This document shows, piece by piece, positions 56,870-64,000 of a stretch of 64,000 nucleotides of DNA. A program made the position numbers and the translations under genes. Numbering within the stretch: position 1 is the stretch's first letter; each line of letters begins with the position of its first letter. Source of the stretch: a bacterium (lineage in GTDB: Bacteria; SAR324; XYD2-FULL-50-16). The stretch is from contig JAVVEA010000001.1 in NCBI GenBank assembly GCA_032250835.1, positions 224,001 to 288,000 on the forward strand, written 5' to 3'. The notes beneath the pieces were generated by a model that saw only the letters and a program-made list of their open reading frames with translations, was not told where the DNA came from and did not search any database.

Positions 56870-58597
56870 TTACATGTTGATCAAGGTCTGGGTCATCTGG
56901 TCCACCGTGCTCATATACCGCGCACTGGACTCATAGGCCCGCTGATACTTGACCATATTGGCCATTTCCTCATCCAAGTTGACCGAAGACACCGAGTCGC
57001 GCAGCGCCTCGTACTGTTGGAGCATGTCGCTGTGGTTAGAAAGCCCCTTTTGGCTGTCTTGTACCTTCAGGCCGATATCCGTGATTTGGACGTTGTAAAA
57101 CTCGTCAAAACTTAAGTCGCCACTAGAGCCTAAGACCCCTTTCATCCGCAGGTCCGTCATCGCAGTAGCTACCGAGTTGTCGCCGGGGGTCATATTGTGG
57201 CCCGTGGCGATCTTCATTTCGTCGTCGAGCAATTCTTGGTTCACCCGGATGTCTCCGGCACCGCCTAGGGCCTGAAAAAAACCATTGAAGCCCAAAACCG
57301 CCAGCGCATTGGAGCTGTCCCCGTTGTAGTGGAACTGATGTCCCTGGTCGGCCTTTAAGTGAACCGCTCCATCGGCACCGATGTTGGCCAGGAACAGGGG
57401 GTTTTCCTTTAGTTTTTCGTTGCCCTCAGCATCGACCTCATAAGACCCTGCGGCCCGGTTGATCTTTTCGACCAAGCTACGCACGCTGTCCTTTCCGGCT
57501 TCTACCTGCACATTTATGGTTAGGTCCTGGTTTTGGTCTTTGTCGTAAAGCTTGATTTCAAAGGCCCCGTTTTGTAGGAACGGCAAAGGCTGGTCCAAGG
57601 CTTCTGGGTTGAGCGAGTAGGCGCTGGTTTCGGTGGTCTGTAAGGCATTGATGCCCGTACCGCCTGCGTGGATCGAGTTCACCTGAAAGGCTAGCTCTTT
57701 AGCCAGCAGGTCGATGTTTTGCTGGTACTGGCGCACGTTGGTGTCGCGCTGGGTGATGTACTCTTTGATCGCGCCGCCGGTGACAATATCGGTCACGTCG
57801 GCTTCTTGGCCCGTGGGGGTCTTTAAGCCCAAACGGAAATCACCCTTGAGTTCCGCGTTGGTCAGTGCGGTCATCTCGTAGGCCGTACGTCCATGGACAA
57901 TCGCTTGTCCGTTGGGAATCTGGACTTCCATGGTGCCGCGCTCATTTTCGAAGTAGCGCACTTCCACCAGAGTCGATAGATCCTGTAACATCTTCTCGCG
58001 TGCGTCGCGCGCATCGTTCGCCGGGCGGCCCTGCTTTTCCAGCTGTTCCACCTGTTTGTTGAGTTCAGCAATCTGGCGGGCGGCTTGGTTGACCTCTAAA
58101 ATCTTCGCTTTGATGCGGCCGTTGAGGTTGCCCTGCAATTCCTTGAGGCGGCCATCAAAAATATTGAAGCGGTCGGCCAGGGCGCTGGCCTTGGACAATA
58201 GGTTTTTGCGCATGGTCACCGATTCCGGCTCGTGGCCCAGGTTGTTCCAGGCATCCCAGAACTCGTCTAAAGAGCCGCGCAGGCGGTTGCCCTCCAGATC
58301 GGTGAAAATAATTTCCGCTTCGTTGAGGACCTTCTCACGGGTTTCCCAGCTACCTACCTTGGTCTGTTCGCCGATCACTTTTTCTTTGGTAAATCCGTCG
58401 GTATGGCGGCGGATGCCTTGGATGTCGACACCGTTCCCTCGGCCTCCGTTGTTCGGCTGGGCGCTGGTCTGTAGGACTTCCTGGCGGGAAAAGCCCTCAG
58501 TATCCACGTTGGCAATGTTGTGCCCGGTGGTCTGCTGGCCCTGCTGGGCAGCGCTTAGGGATTTTTTACCGACCTCGAAGGCCCCAAGAATTGACAT
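56870..58597 (-). CDS. flgK: Flagellar hook-associated protein 1
   Basis: TGHNIANVDTEGFSRQ, SVNLDEEMANMVKYQRAYESSAR. Confidence 0.95.
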   Translation of the reverse strand: MSILGAFEVGKKSLSAAQQGQQTTGHNIANVDTEGFSRQEVLQTSAQPNNGGRGNGVDIQGIRRHTDGFTKEKVIGEQTKVGSWETREKVLNEAEIIFTDLEGNRLRGSLDEFWDAWNNLGHEPESVTMRKNLLSKASALADRFNIFDGRLKELQGNLNGRIKAKILEVNQAARQIAELNKQVEQLEKQGRPANDARDAREKMLQDLSTLVEVRYFENERGTMEVQIPNGQAIVHGRTAYEMTALTNAELKGDFRLGLKTPTGQEADVTDIVTGGAIKEYITQRDTNVRQYQQNIDLLAKELAFQVNSIHAGGTGINALQTTETSAYSLNPEALDQPLPFLQNGAFEIKLYDKDQNQDLTINVQVEAGKDSVRSLVEKINRAAGSYEVDAEGNEKLKENPLFLANIGADGAVHLKADQGHQFHYNGDSSNALAVLGFNGFFQALGGAGDIRVNQELLDDEMKIATGHNMTPGDNSVATAMTDLRMKGVLGSSGDLSFDEFYNVQITDIGLKVQDSQKGLSNHSDMLQQYEALRDSVSSVNLDEEMANMVKYQRAYESSARYMSTVDQMTQTLINM

Positions 58598-58683
58598 GGG
58601 AACTTGTCCTTAAGAGTGTGTGACTGGCCGCCTTCTAAACCCGAACGGTCTAGAGGCCGCAAGACTCCTAAGGTCTTAAATGC

Positions 58684-58710
58684 AAAAAGCCGACACTTTG
58701 GCCGGCTTTT
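58684..58710 (-). terminator. Terminator-like hairpin between flgN and flgK
   Basis: Minus strand AAAAGCCGGC-CAAAGT-GTCGGCTTTTT. Confidence 0.6.
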
Positions 58711-58735
58711 CTAAAAAAAAATGAGATTTTTGGGA

Positions 58736-59227
58736 TTAGACCGATTTCTCAAGGAAAAGGGCTCCCTTGGGCTGGTTGACTTTGCCGTACTGGCTATAGG
58801 TCGGCTGGCGTTTGAAGGTCTTATGCAAAGAATTGCTGACCTCAGAAAAACAATTGGCCCGGTTTTGGGCGCGGCGCGCATTTTCTCGGGCTTGGGCTTG
58901 AATTGGCTCCATAAGGCCCAACAATGAACTTTTAAGTTCTTTAAGTAATTTGGCCTCGGCCTCGGGGGCTTTGGCGGCTATGGCCTCTAAATTAGAGTCC
59001 GGTTCGAGTTGATGTTCCCTAATAAAAGCGGTCACCATTTTCAGGCGGCCCTGCTCTAGCCCTTGGATCCGCTCGCTGATCCGGTCCCGTTGCGACAGCA
59101 CATCTTCGATGTCACTCAAAGAGCTACGGGGGCCAATTTCTTGGGCCTCCATCACCAAAACCTGATGCAACAGCTGATGCCATTCCACCTGGGCTTTGAG
59201 GTTATCAATTAGGGATTTAAGGATCAT
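58736..59227 (-). CDS. flgN: Flagellar export chaperone FlgN
   Basis: Helical 163 aa with TYSQYG near the C-terminus. Located between flgM and flgK. Confidence 0.85.
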   Translation of the reverse strand: MILKSLIDNLKAQVEWHQLLHQVLVMEAQEIGPRSSLSDIEDVLSQRDRISERIQGLEQGRLKMVTAFIREHQLEPDSNLEAIAAKAPEAEAKLLKELKSSLLGLMEPIQAQARENARRAQNRANCFSEVSNSLHKTFKRQPTYSQYGKVNQPKGALFLEKSV

Positions 59228-59236
59228 CGGGGTTCC

Positions 59237-59536
59237 TTAGGTGTCTTCAATGGCTGAGTCTTTCAGCAAATTGGCCGCCAATTTGGCGCTATCTACTTGG
59301 TACTCGCCTTTCTTGATCCGCTCTTTAAGTGCTTTGACCTTTTCCAGATTAACGTCCGGCTCGCCGTCGATTTTGGCGCGCACTTTATTTAACGTTAGAT
59401 TCTGGGTGACTGGGCGGTTTTCAATGGGGCCTTTGGCCTCCGCCTTGGCGGATTTCGAAGCCCCATCTTTTCCTCCCGGCCCTTGGACATTGCGATCTTG
59501 GGCGGTCGGTTTAGTGTATTGACCGTGAATCTTCAT
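59237..59536 (-). CDS. flgM: Anti-sigma28 factor FlgM
   Basis: PDVNLEKVKALKERIKKGEYQVDSAKLA. Confidence 0.92.
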   Translation of the reverse strand: MKIHGQYTKPTAQDRNVQGPGGKDGASKSAKAEAKGPIENRPVTQNLTLNKVRAKIDGEPDVNLEKVKALKERIKKGEYQVDSAKLAANLLKDSAIEDT

Positions 59537-59584
59537 CGCTTCCCTTTGCTTTGAGGGTCCCTTGTGAAAAAACCTGTTGCTTCC

Positions 59585-59611
59585 TTATCGGAAGTCTTGG
59601 GAAAAACTTTA
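59585..59611 (-). promoter_or_regulatory. Sigma28 (FliA) promoter, proximal
   Basis: Minus strand TAAA-N15-TCCGATAA (TAAAGTTT...). Confidence 0.75.
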
Positions 59612-59664
59612 ACAAAATCTTCAGGTGCCGTCATGTCATTTCCATTTAAGCCCTGATGCCTCCC

Positions 59665-59692
59665 TTATCGGCTAGCGGGACCCAAAACTTTA
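59665..59692 (-). promoter_or_regulatory. Sigma28 (FliA) promoter, distal
   Basis: Minus strand TAAA-N16-GCCGATAA, with the -35 overlapping the flgJ stop codon. Confidence 0.7.
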
Positions 59693-60043
59693 AGACTTCT
59701 TGGTATTTTCGTAAATCCAGTCCGAAAGCCCCAAGGAGCGGGTGCGCGTCAGGAGCTGAGAATAATTTTCATCCAGCATGTCTTGAAAAATCTCTTCACC
59801 GGCACCGCCGCTGATGAAATCTGACTTAAAAACATTGCTGCGCATAGACTGCAACATCTTCTTGGTAAAGATTTCTTCAAAACCGTCGCTGGCCACTTTC
59901 AACTCTTTGTTGAACTGCGCCTTTTCTGCGTCTCCTTCAACCGCATTCTTGCGGTTAGCCAGACGGGCGAGATCGTTTTGTCCACCCACCGCTGGGCGCC
60001 GCATCCGTACGGCGGAGATTTGGGCTTGAATATCGTTGAGCAT
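59690..60043 (-). CDS. flgJ: FlgJ rod-binding domain protein (no muramidase domain)
   Basis: LKVASDGFEEIF..KMLQSMR...EEIFQDMLDENY...LGLSDWIY. Confidence 0.85.
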   Translation of the reverse strand: MLNDIQAQISAVRMRRPAVGGQNDLARLANRKNAVEGDAEKAQFNKELKVASDGFEEIFTKKMLQSMRSNVFKSDFISGGAGEEIFQDMLDENYSQLLTRTRSLGLSDWIYENTKKS

Positions 60044-60067
60044 AACCTTTCCTTGGTGTTGCTTGGA

Positions 60068-61198
60068 CTATTTGATGATCAATTCGGCCTGAAGAGCGCC
60101 AGCGGACTTGATGGTCTTTAAGACCTCGATCAAGTCAGAGTTGCTGATGCCGATCTTGTTGAGGCCGTCTACCACTTCCTTAATGTCTACGCCGCCTTTA
60201 AAGAGGATCACGTTACCCTGTTCTTCTGGTTCCGGTGGCGGTTCGGGCTGGTTGCCTCGGCGTGCGTTGGGGTCAGCGACCTTGCGCTTCTCGCCGATGC
60301 GGATGTTTAGATTCCCGTAAGAGATGGCAATCGGCAAGATACGCACATGGGTGCCCATCACAATCGTGCCGGTGCGCTCGTCTAAGACCACCTTAGCGAT
60401 GGCGTCGGGTTCGATGTCCATATTCTCAATCCGGCTCATCAACTCTACGGTTTGGCCTAGGTAACTCGAAGGTACCGAGATTTCCACGGTGCCGGCGTCC
60501 GAAGCGCGGGCCGAGCCGTCACCTAAATTACGGTTGATTACCTTGGCTAGGCGGAAGCTGGTGGTGAAGTCCGGTTCTTTAAGATTTAAGAAGAGGCGGG
60601 TGCGGGTGTTCAACTCAAGGTTGATTTCGCGTTCCACTAAGGCCCCACCAACGACACGGCCCACGGTAGGCACAATATTCCGGCGGGGGTCAAATTTGAA
60701 CTCTTCAGCACCGATCATGGCGCGCGCCTCGGGCAGTTCCACACCCATCGGCACGTCCACTACCGGGCCTTGGGCGACTGCAAAGACTTCACGCGAAGGG
60801 GCCCGCAGCGGGGTCATGATCAAGATACCGCCGCGTAGGCTGACTGAGTCGCCGAGGGCACTGACGGTAACATCTAGTTTTTGGCCCTGCTTAGCGAAGG
60901 CCGGTAGGGTGGCGGTGACCATGACGGCCGCAATCGAGCGGCCTTTGATCTCGTTTAATGCCATCGAGACGCCCATCCGTTCTAAAGCGTTGCGCAGCGG
61001 TTTGCGGCTCATCAGCGAGTCGGGCGTGTCACCGGTTCCGTTGAGGCCGATCACAATAGAAAAGCCAATCAATTGGTTGTCACGCATCCCGCGGATGCCC
61101 GCCAAGTCTTTGATCCTAACCGCCCAAGCGGTGTCGGCAAAGGCCAAGAGGGCCATCAGGAAAATTATGCTGGTGCGTTTTAAACTGGCAGTGCTCAT
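60068..61198 (-). CDS. flgI: Flagellar P-ring protein
   Basis: RIKDL...RDNQLIG..IVIGLNGTGD, AAVMVTATLP, ERTGTIVMG, IKSAGALQAEL. Confidence 0.96.
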   Translation of the reverse strand: MSTASLKRTSIIFLMALLAFADTAWAVRIKDLAGIRGMRDNQLIGFSIVIGLNGTGDTPDSLMSRKPLRNALERMGVSMALNEIKGRSIAAVMVTATLPAFAKQGQKLDVTVSALGDSVSLRGGILIMTPLRAPSREVFAVAQGPVVDVPMGVELPEARAMIGAEEFKFDPRRNIVPTVGRVVGGALVEREINLELNTRTRLFLNLKEPDFTTSFRLAKVINRNLGDGSARASDAGTVEISVPSSYLGQTVELMSRIENMDIEPDAIAKVVLDERTGTIVMGTHVRILPIAISYGNLNIRIGEKRKVADPNARRGNQPEPPPEPEEQGNVILFKGGVDIKEVVDGLNKIGISNSDLIEVLKTIKSAGALQAELIIK

Positions 61199-61256
61199 CA
61201 GCGTCTCGCTTCAGTGGGTAGTCGGTTGCCTACGGATAGGTCTTCTATCACTATAA

Positions 61257-61272
61257 TGCACAGGCCGTACCT
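61257..61272 (-). promoter_or_regulatory. Candidate sigma54 promoter for flgI-flgJ
   Basis: Minus strand AGGTACGGCCTGTGCA (GG-N10-GC), downstream of the flgH terminator. Confidence 0.5.
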
Positions 61273-61316
61273 TTTGAACGAGGATGGCGGCATGATGAGC
61301 TGCGTAGAGCGGGGGC

Positions 61317-61351
61317 AAAAAAAAAGCCCCCATTTTGGGGGCCTCTTTTTT
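61317..61351 (-). terminator. Intrinsic terminator between flgH and flgI
   Basis: Minus strand GCCCCC-AAAAT-GGGGGC followed by T9. Confidence 0.75.
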
Positions 61352-61363
61352 GATTGGGGGACG

Positions 61364-62167
61364 TTACTGGGTACCTACCGCCTGCTGGCGGTTGTCTGGC
61401 GTGGGGGTGGCAATGTGGCTCAAGCGGTCCAAGAAACCGGCCTTTTGCTGGCCCACCAACGGAGCCAAGGCCCCTAGGTTCAGCTTGCGGGCCTGTACTT
61501 GACGCTTGATCTGCACTTCTGAGCGCGCCAGCTTAAGAGAGCCAATCTCGTTTTTATCGCTCACGTCTTCGGGCCGGATGATCCCCTTGATCTTGGTCAC
61601 GTACCGGATGGTGTTCTGTTGGCGGTAGTCAATTTTTTCGCCAATCACCACCATGTTCCCATTGGGAAGCACCTGGGTGACCCTAGCGCTGATCGTCTTG
61701 AGCGACGCCAACACTTCGTTTTGCTCTTCTTCAACCTTGTCTTCACCGGTCACGGCGGCGGCGACGTCCAGAATCTGGTTAGCCCTGGCTGCGGCGGCTT
61801 CGGCACCGGTTCCGGCCAATGCTTGTTCGGTCACCGGGGCGGGCTTCTTCTCCTTTTTGGGGATAATGATAATGTCCGTCAGATCGGTGATGGTCAACAC
61901 GTCGTTTTTAAACCGGGCCCGATGGTCGCGCAGCAGGTTGCCCCAGCTAGATTCGTCGCGCCATAAGGAGCCTTCATAGCGGTTTTGCTCGGTCGGCACC
62001 GGCGCGCGCATGCGGTAGCTGTGTTCGCGGGTGGTGGTATAGTCCACTGCCGGTTTCTCGGGCGGCGGCGGCGGTGCAGTCATCGGCGGCAAGGGCATCG
62101 GTGACGAAGAACAGGCCGCCACAAGTCCCATGATGATCAAGCTCATCCAGATTGATTTCATTTTCAT
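61364..62167 (-). CDS. flgH: Flagellar L-ring lipoprotein
   Basis: Lipobox AAC, GSLW, RARFKNDVLTI, VTQVLPNGNMVVIGEK, GIIRPEDV. Confidence 0.9.
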   Translation of the reverse strand: MKMKSIWMSLIIMGLVAACSSSPMPLPPMTAPPPPPEKPAVDYTTTREHSYRMRAPVPTEQNRYEGSLWRDESSWGNLLRDHRARFKNDVLTITDLTDIIIIPKKEKKPAPVTEQALAGTGAEAAAARANQILDVAAAVTGEDKVEEEQNEVLASLKTISARVTQVLPNGNMVVIGEKIDYRQQNTIRYVTKIKGIIRPEDVSDKNEIGSLKLARSEVQIKRQVQARKLNLGALAPLVGQQKAGFLDRLSHIATPTPDNRQQAVGTQ

Positions 62168-62175
62168 CTCCTCGC

Positions 62176-63159
62176 CTACAGGGCTACTTCAACACGTTTT
62201 TCGCTGACCACTTTCGCGTAGATGGTGCGTCCATGTTCACCTAAGATACGAACCGGAATCACGTCTCCCAGCTTAGCGCTACGCAGGGCAATGGCGGTGT
62301 TCGACAGAAACAGGCGCTCGGTCTCGTAAACTAATTGTACCGGCTGGCCTTTCTCTAAAATCACCGGTTCTTCTACCAGATGGCTGCGGATCGCCTCGTT
62401 TTTGGAGATGTCGCGCCGGGCCTGCTGGCCCACCACTAAATCAGCGTCCCGTTTGATCCCGCGCGGCTCGTTGGAAATGTCTTTGGTGAGGGTCGTTAAA
62501 TCGCCTTGGGCGATCACTTGATCTTGAGGGATCATGCCCTTAGCCACCACCACCTCGTCGATCACCGACACCTTGGCGCGGACAATCAACTTCTTATAGA
62601 GCTTACCGTCCACTTCCAACCGCAAGGTCCATGAGCCCACGCCGCCCACTCTTTGGGGCGAGCCGATCCGGTTGATTTGGTAACTAGCCTCTCCTTTGGG
62701 GATAAACTCGTCACGCAGGTGGCTGCTGATTTCGACGTTGACCTCTTTATATTCCTTAAAGTTCTTTTTGATCTCTTCGGTGATCACTTCGGTCAATTGC
62801 TCTTTGGTGACCTTAATGCTCGCACGGCTGACCAGGACGTTTTTAGGCGTCTTGAGCTTAAATTGGTCCGGATGGATCAGGCCTTTTAGCTTAGCCGAAA
62901 CCTGAGCTTCAGAAATCCGGTAGCTGCGTCCGGGCATGGGGCTGCGGCCAATTTCCAGCTTAGACAGCTTATCAATTAAATCAATATCAAAGCCGTCTAA
63001 CTCGGCAATATCGCCCAGTGCATAGGTCTCTGAGTAGACCACCGACTCGGGCAGCACCCTAATCTCGATCTGATGCAAGGTAGAATCCGCCGGAGCCGCC
63101 CAGAGCAAAGGAGCGTAGATCAAGGCCAAAAGGCTAAAAAGTAGGCTGATGCGTTTCAT
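62176..63159 (-). CDS. flgA: P-ring formation chaperone FlgA
   Basis: Signal peptide, SAF-like VVVAKGMI...GQQARRDI and C-terminal ALRSAKLGDVIPVR. Start trimmed from 63180. Confidence 0.88.
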   Translation of the reverse strand: MKRISLLFSLLALIYAPLLWAAPADSTLHQIEIRVLPESVVYSETYALGDIAELDGFDIDLIDKLSKLEIGRSPMPGRSYRISEAQVSAKLKGLIHPDQFKLKTPKNVLVSRASIKVTKEQLTEVITEEIKKNFKEYKEVNVEISSHLRDEFIPKGEASYQINRIGSPQRVGGVGSWTLRLEVDGKLYKKLIVRAKVSVIDEVVVAKGMIPQDQVIAQGDLTTLTKDISNEPRGIKRDADLVVGQQARRDISKNEAIRSHLVEEPVILEKGQPVQLVYETERLFLSNTAIALRSAKLGDVIPVRILGEHGRTIYAKVVSEKRVEVAL

Positions 63160-63169
63160 GGTCATCCCC

Positions 63170-63958
63170 TTAGCGAACAATGTTCACCGCTGTTTGCAAC
63201 ATATTGTCTGAAGTCTGGATCGACTTGGAGTTCACCTCATAGGCCCGCTGGGCGACGATCATGTTAACCATCTCGTCCACCACACTGACGTTGGACTTTT
63301 CCAAGAAACCTTGGCTAACCAGTCCGATCCCGTCTTGACCGGGGTCCGCATTGACCGGAGCGCCCGAAGCAGCCGTGGCCATAAAGAGGTTTTTGCCGAT
63401 TGGGTTTAGACCTGCGGGGTTGATGAATTTGGCTAATTGGATGTTGCCGATCCTAGTCGGGGTCGGGTCATCGCCCACTAAAATCTGGACCACGCCGTCT
63501 TGAGAGATCACTAATTTGGTAGCCTCAGGGGGCACCACGATTTCGGGTTCCATGGGGTACCCATCTGCATTAACCACCCGCCCGTTGGCATCGCGCTGCC
63601 AAGCCCCATCGCGCGAATAGCTGATCGAGCCGTTGGGGCGCAGGACCTGAAAAAAGCCGTCGCCATCGATGCTGATGTCGAGGTCGTGGCCCGTGTGGGT
63701 CAAGTTACCCTGACTGAATACCTTTTGGGTGCCGATCAACTTAACACCGTGGCCTTTATGTAAACCCGTGGGGCTGATGGTGTTGGAGCTAGTGGCGCTA
63801 CCGGCGACGATCTCGTTAGAATAGAGCAGGTCCTGGAAGTTGTTGCGGCTTTGTTTGAAGCCGTTGGTATTAACGTTCGCCAGGTTGTTCGAAATGGTAT
63901 CGATTTGTGACTGCTGGGCGCTCATGCCGGTCGCCGAGGTATAAAGTGAGGTCATCAT
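63170..63958 (-). CDS. flgG: Flagellar basal-body distal rod protein
   Basis: SLYTSATGM, ISNNLANVNTNGFK, FQDLLY, YSRDG, LEKSNVSVVDEMV, QRAYEVNSK. Confidence 0.96.
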   Translation of the reverse strand: MMTSLYTSATGMSAQQSQIDTISNNLANVNTNGFKQSRNNFQDLLYSNEIVAGSATSSNTISPTGLHKGHGVKLIGTQKVFSQGNLTHTGHDLDISIDGDGFFQVLRPNGSISYSRDGAWQRDANGRVVNADGYPMEPEIVVPPEATKLVISQDGVVQILVGDDPTPTRIGNIQLAKFINPAGLNPIGKNLFMATAASGAPVNADPGQDGIGLVSQGFLEKSNVSVVDEMVNMIVAQRAYEVNSKSIQTSDNMLQTAVNIVR

Positions 63959-63982
63959 GACGGGTTATCTCCTGATATTTGG

Positions 63983-64000
63983 TTAAACGCGGGCGATGTT
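63983..64000 (-). CDS. Probable 3' end of the upstream flagellar rod gene (flgF-like), partial
   Basis: Minus strand ...NIARV-stop just upstream of flgG. Identity is inferred from gene order only. Confidence 0.4.
   Translation of the reverse strand, partial: NIARV

Noticed and set aside
60489-61256. 255-aa plus-strand ORF and the many other antisense ORFs over fab, glt, gcv, asd and flg genes
   Set aside because: Shadow frames opposite well-supported genes, with no motifs, as expected from codon bias.

Overview
This is a gene-dense chromosomal window from a flagellated diderm bacterium. The gene content looks delta-proteobacteria-like, possibly SAR324/Lambdaproteobacteria, but that is inference and was not verified. 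Left to right it holds: (1) a chemosensory cassette (receiver, STAS, partial MCP) divergent from a small secreted protein with a sigma54-type promoter, then a PilZ protein; (2) a long minus-strand housekeeping run (scpA, yceD, rpmF, plsX, fabD, fabG, acpP, fabF, yggS, M30-like lipoprotein peptidase, OM barrel, asnS, metallophosphoesterase, CNT nucleoside transporter); (3) gltBD-hemB; (4) a ~16 kb cluster at 22.4-38.5 kb of six genes that all encode apparently exported proteins: two FecR-like proteins, a TPR-tailed orphan, a CsgG/TolB_N-like plus beta-barrel protein, a 1838-aa FN3/TPR/CARDB lipoprotein and a 1833-aa signal-peptide TPR-CHAT (caspase-clan) protease; (5) TerB-like genes flanking an N-terminal-only larC; (6) gcvT-H-PA-PB; (7) a Phd-like/RelE-like toxin-antitoxin pair plus a duplicate whose toxin has decayed; (8) M18 aminopeptidase, SAM-dependent transferase, thioesterase, rmuC, pseudo-receiver-PilZ, asd, cysK; (9) the flagellar block flg(F)G-A-H-I-J-M-N-K-L-csrA-fliW with readable sigma54, sigma28 and CsrA signals. 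The best candidate for an undescribed system is the exported CHAT-protease envelope cluster. I saw no rRNA, tRNA, CRISPR array or transposase. All domain calls are by-eye motif recognition; no database search was run.
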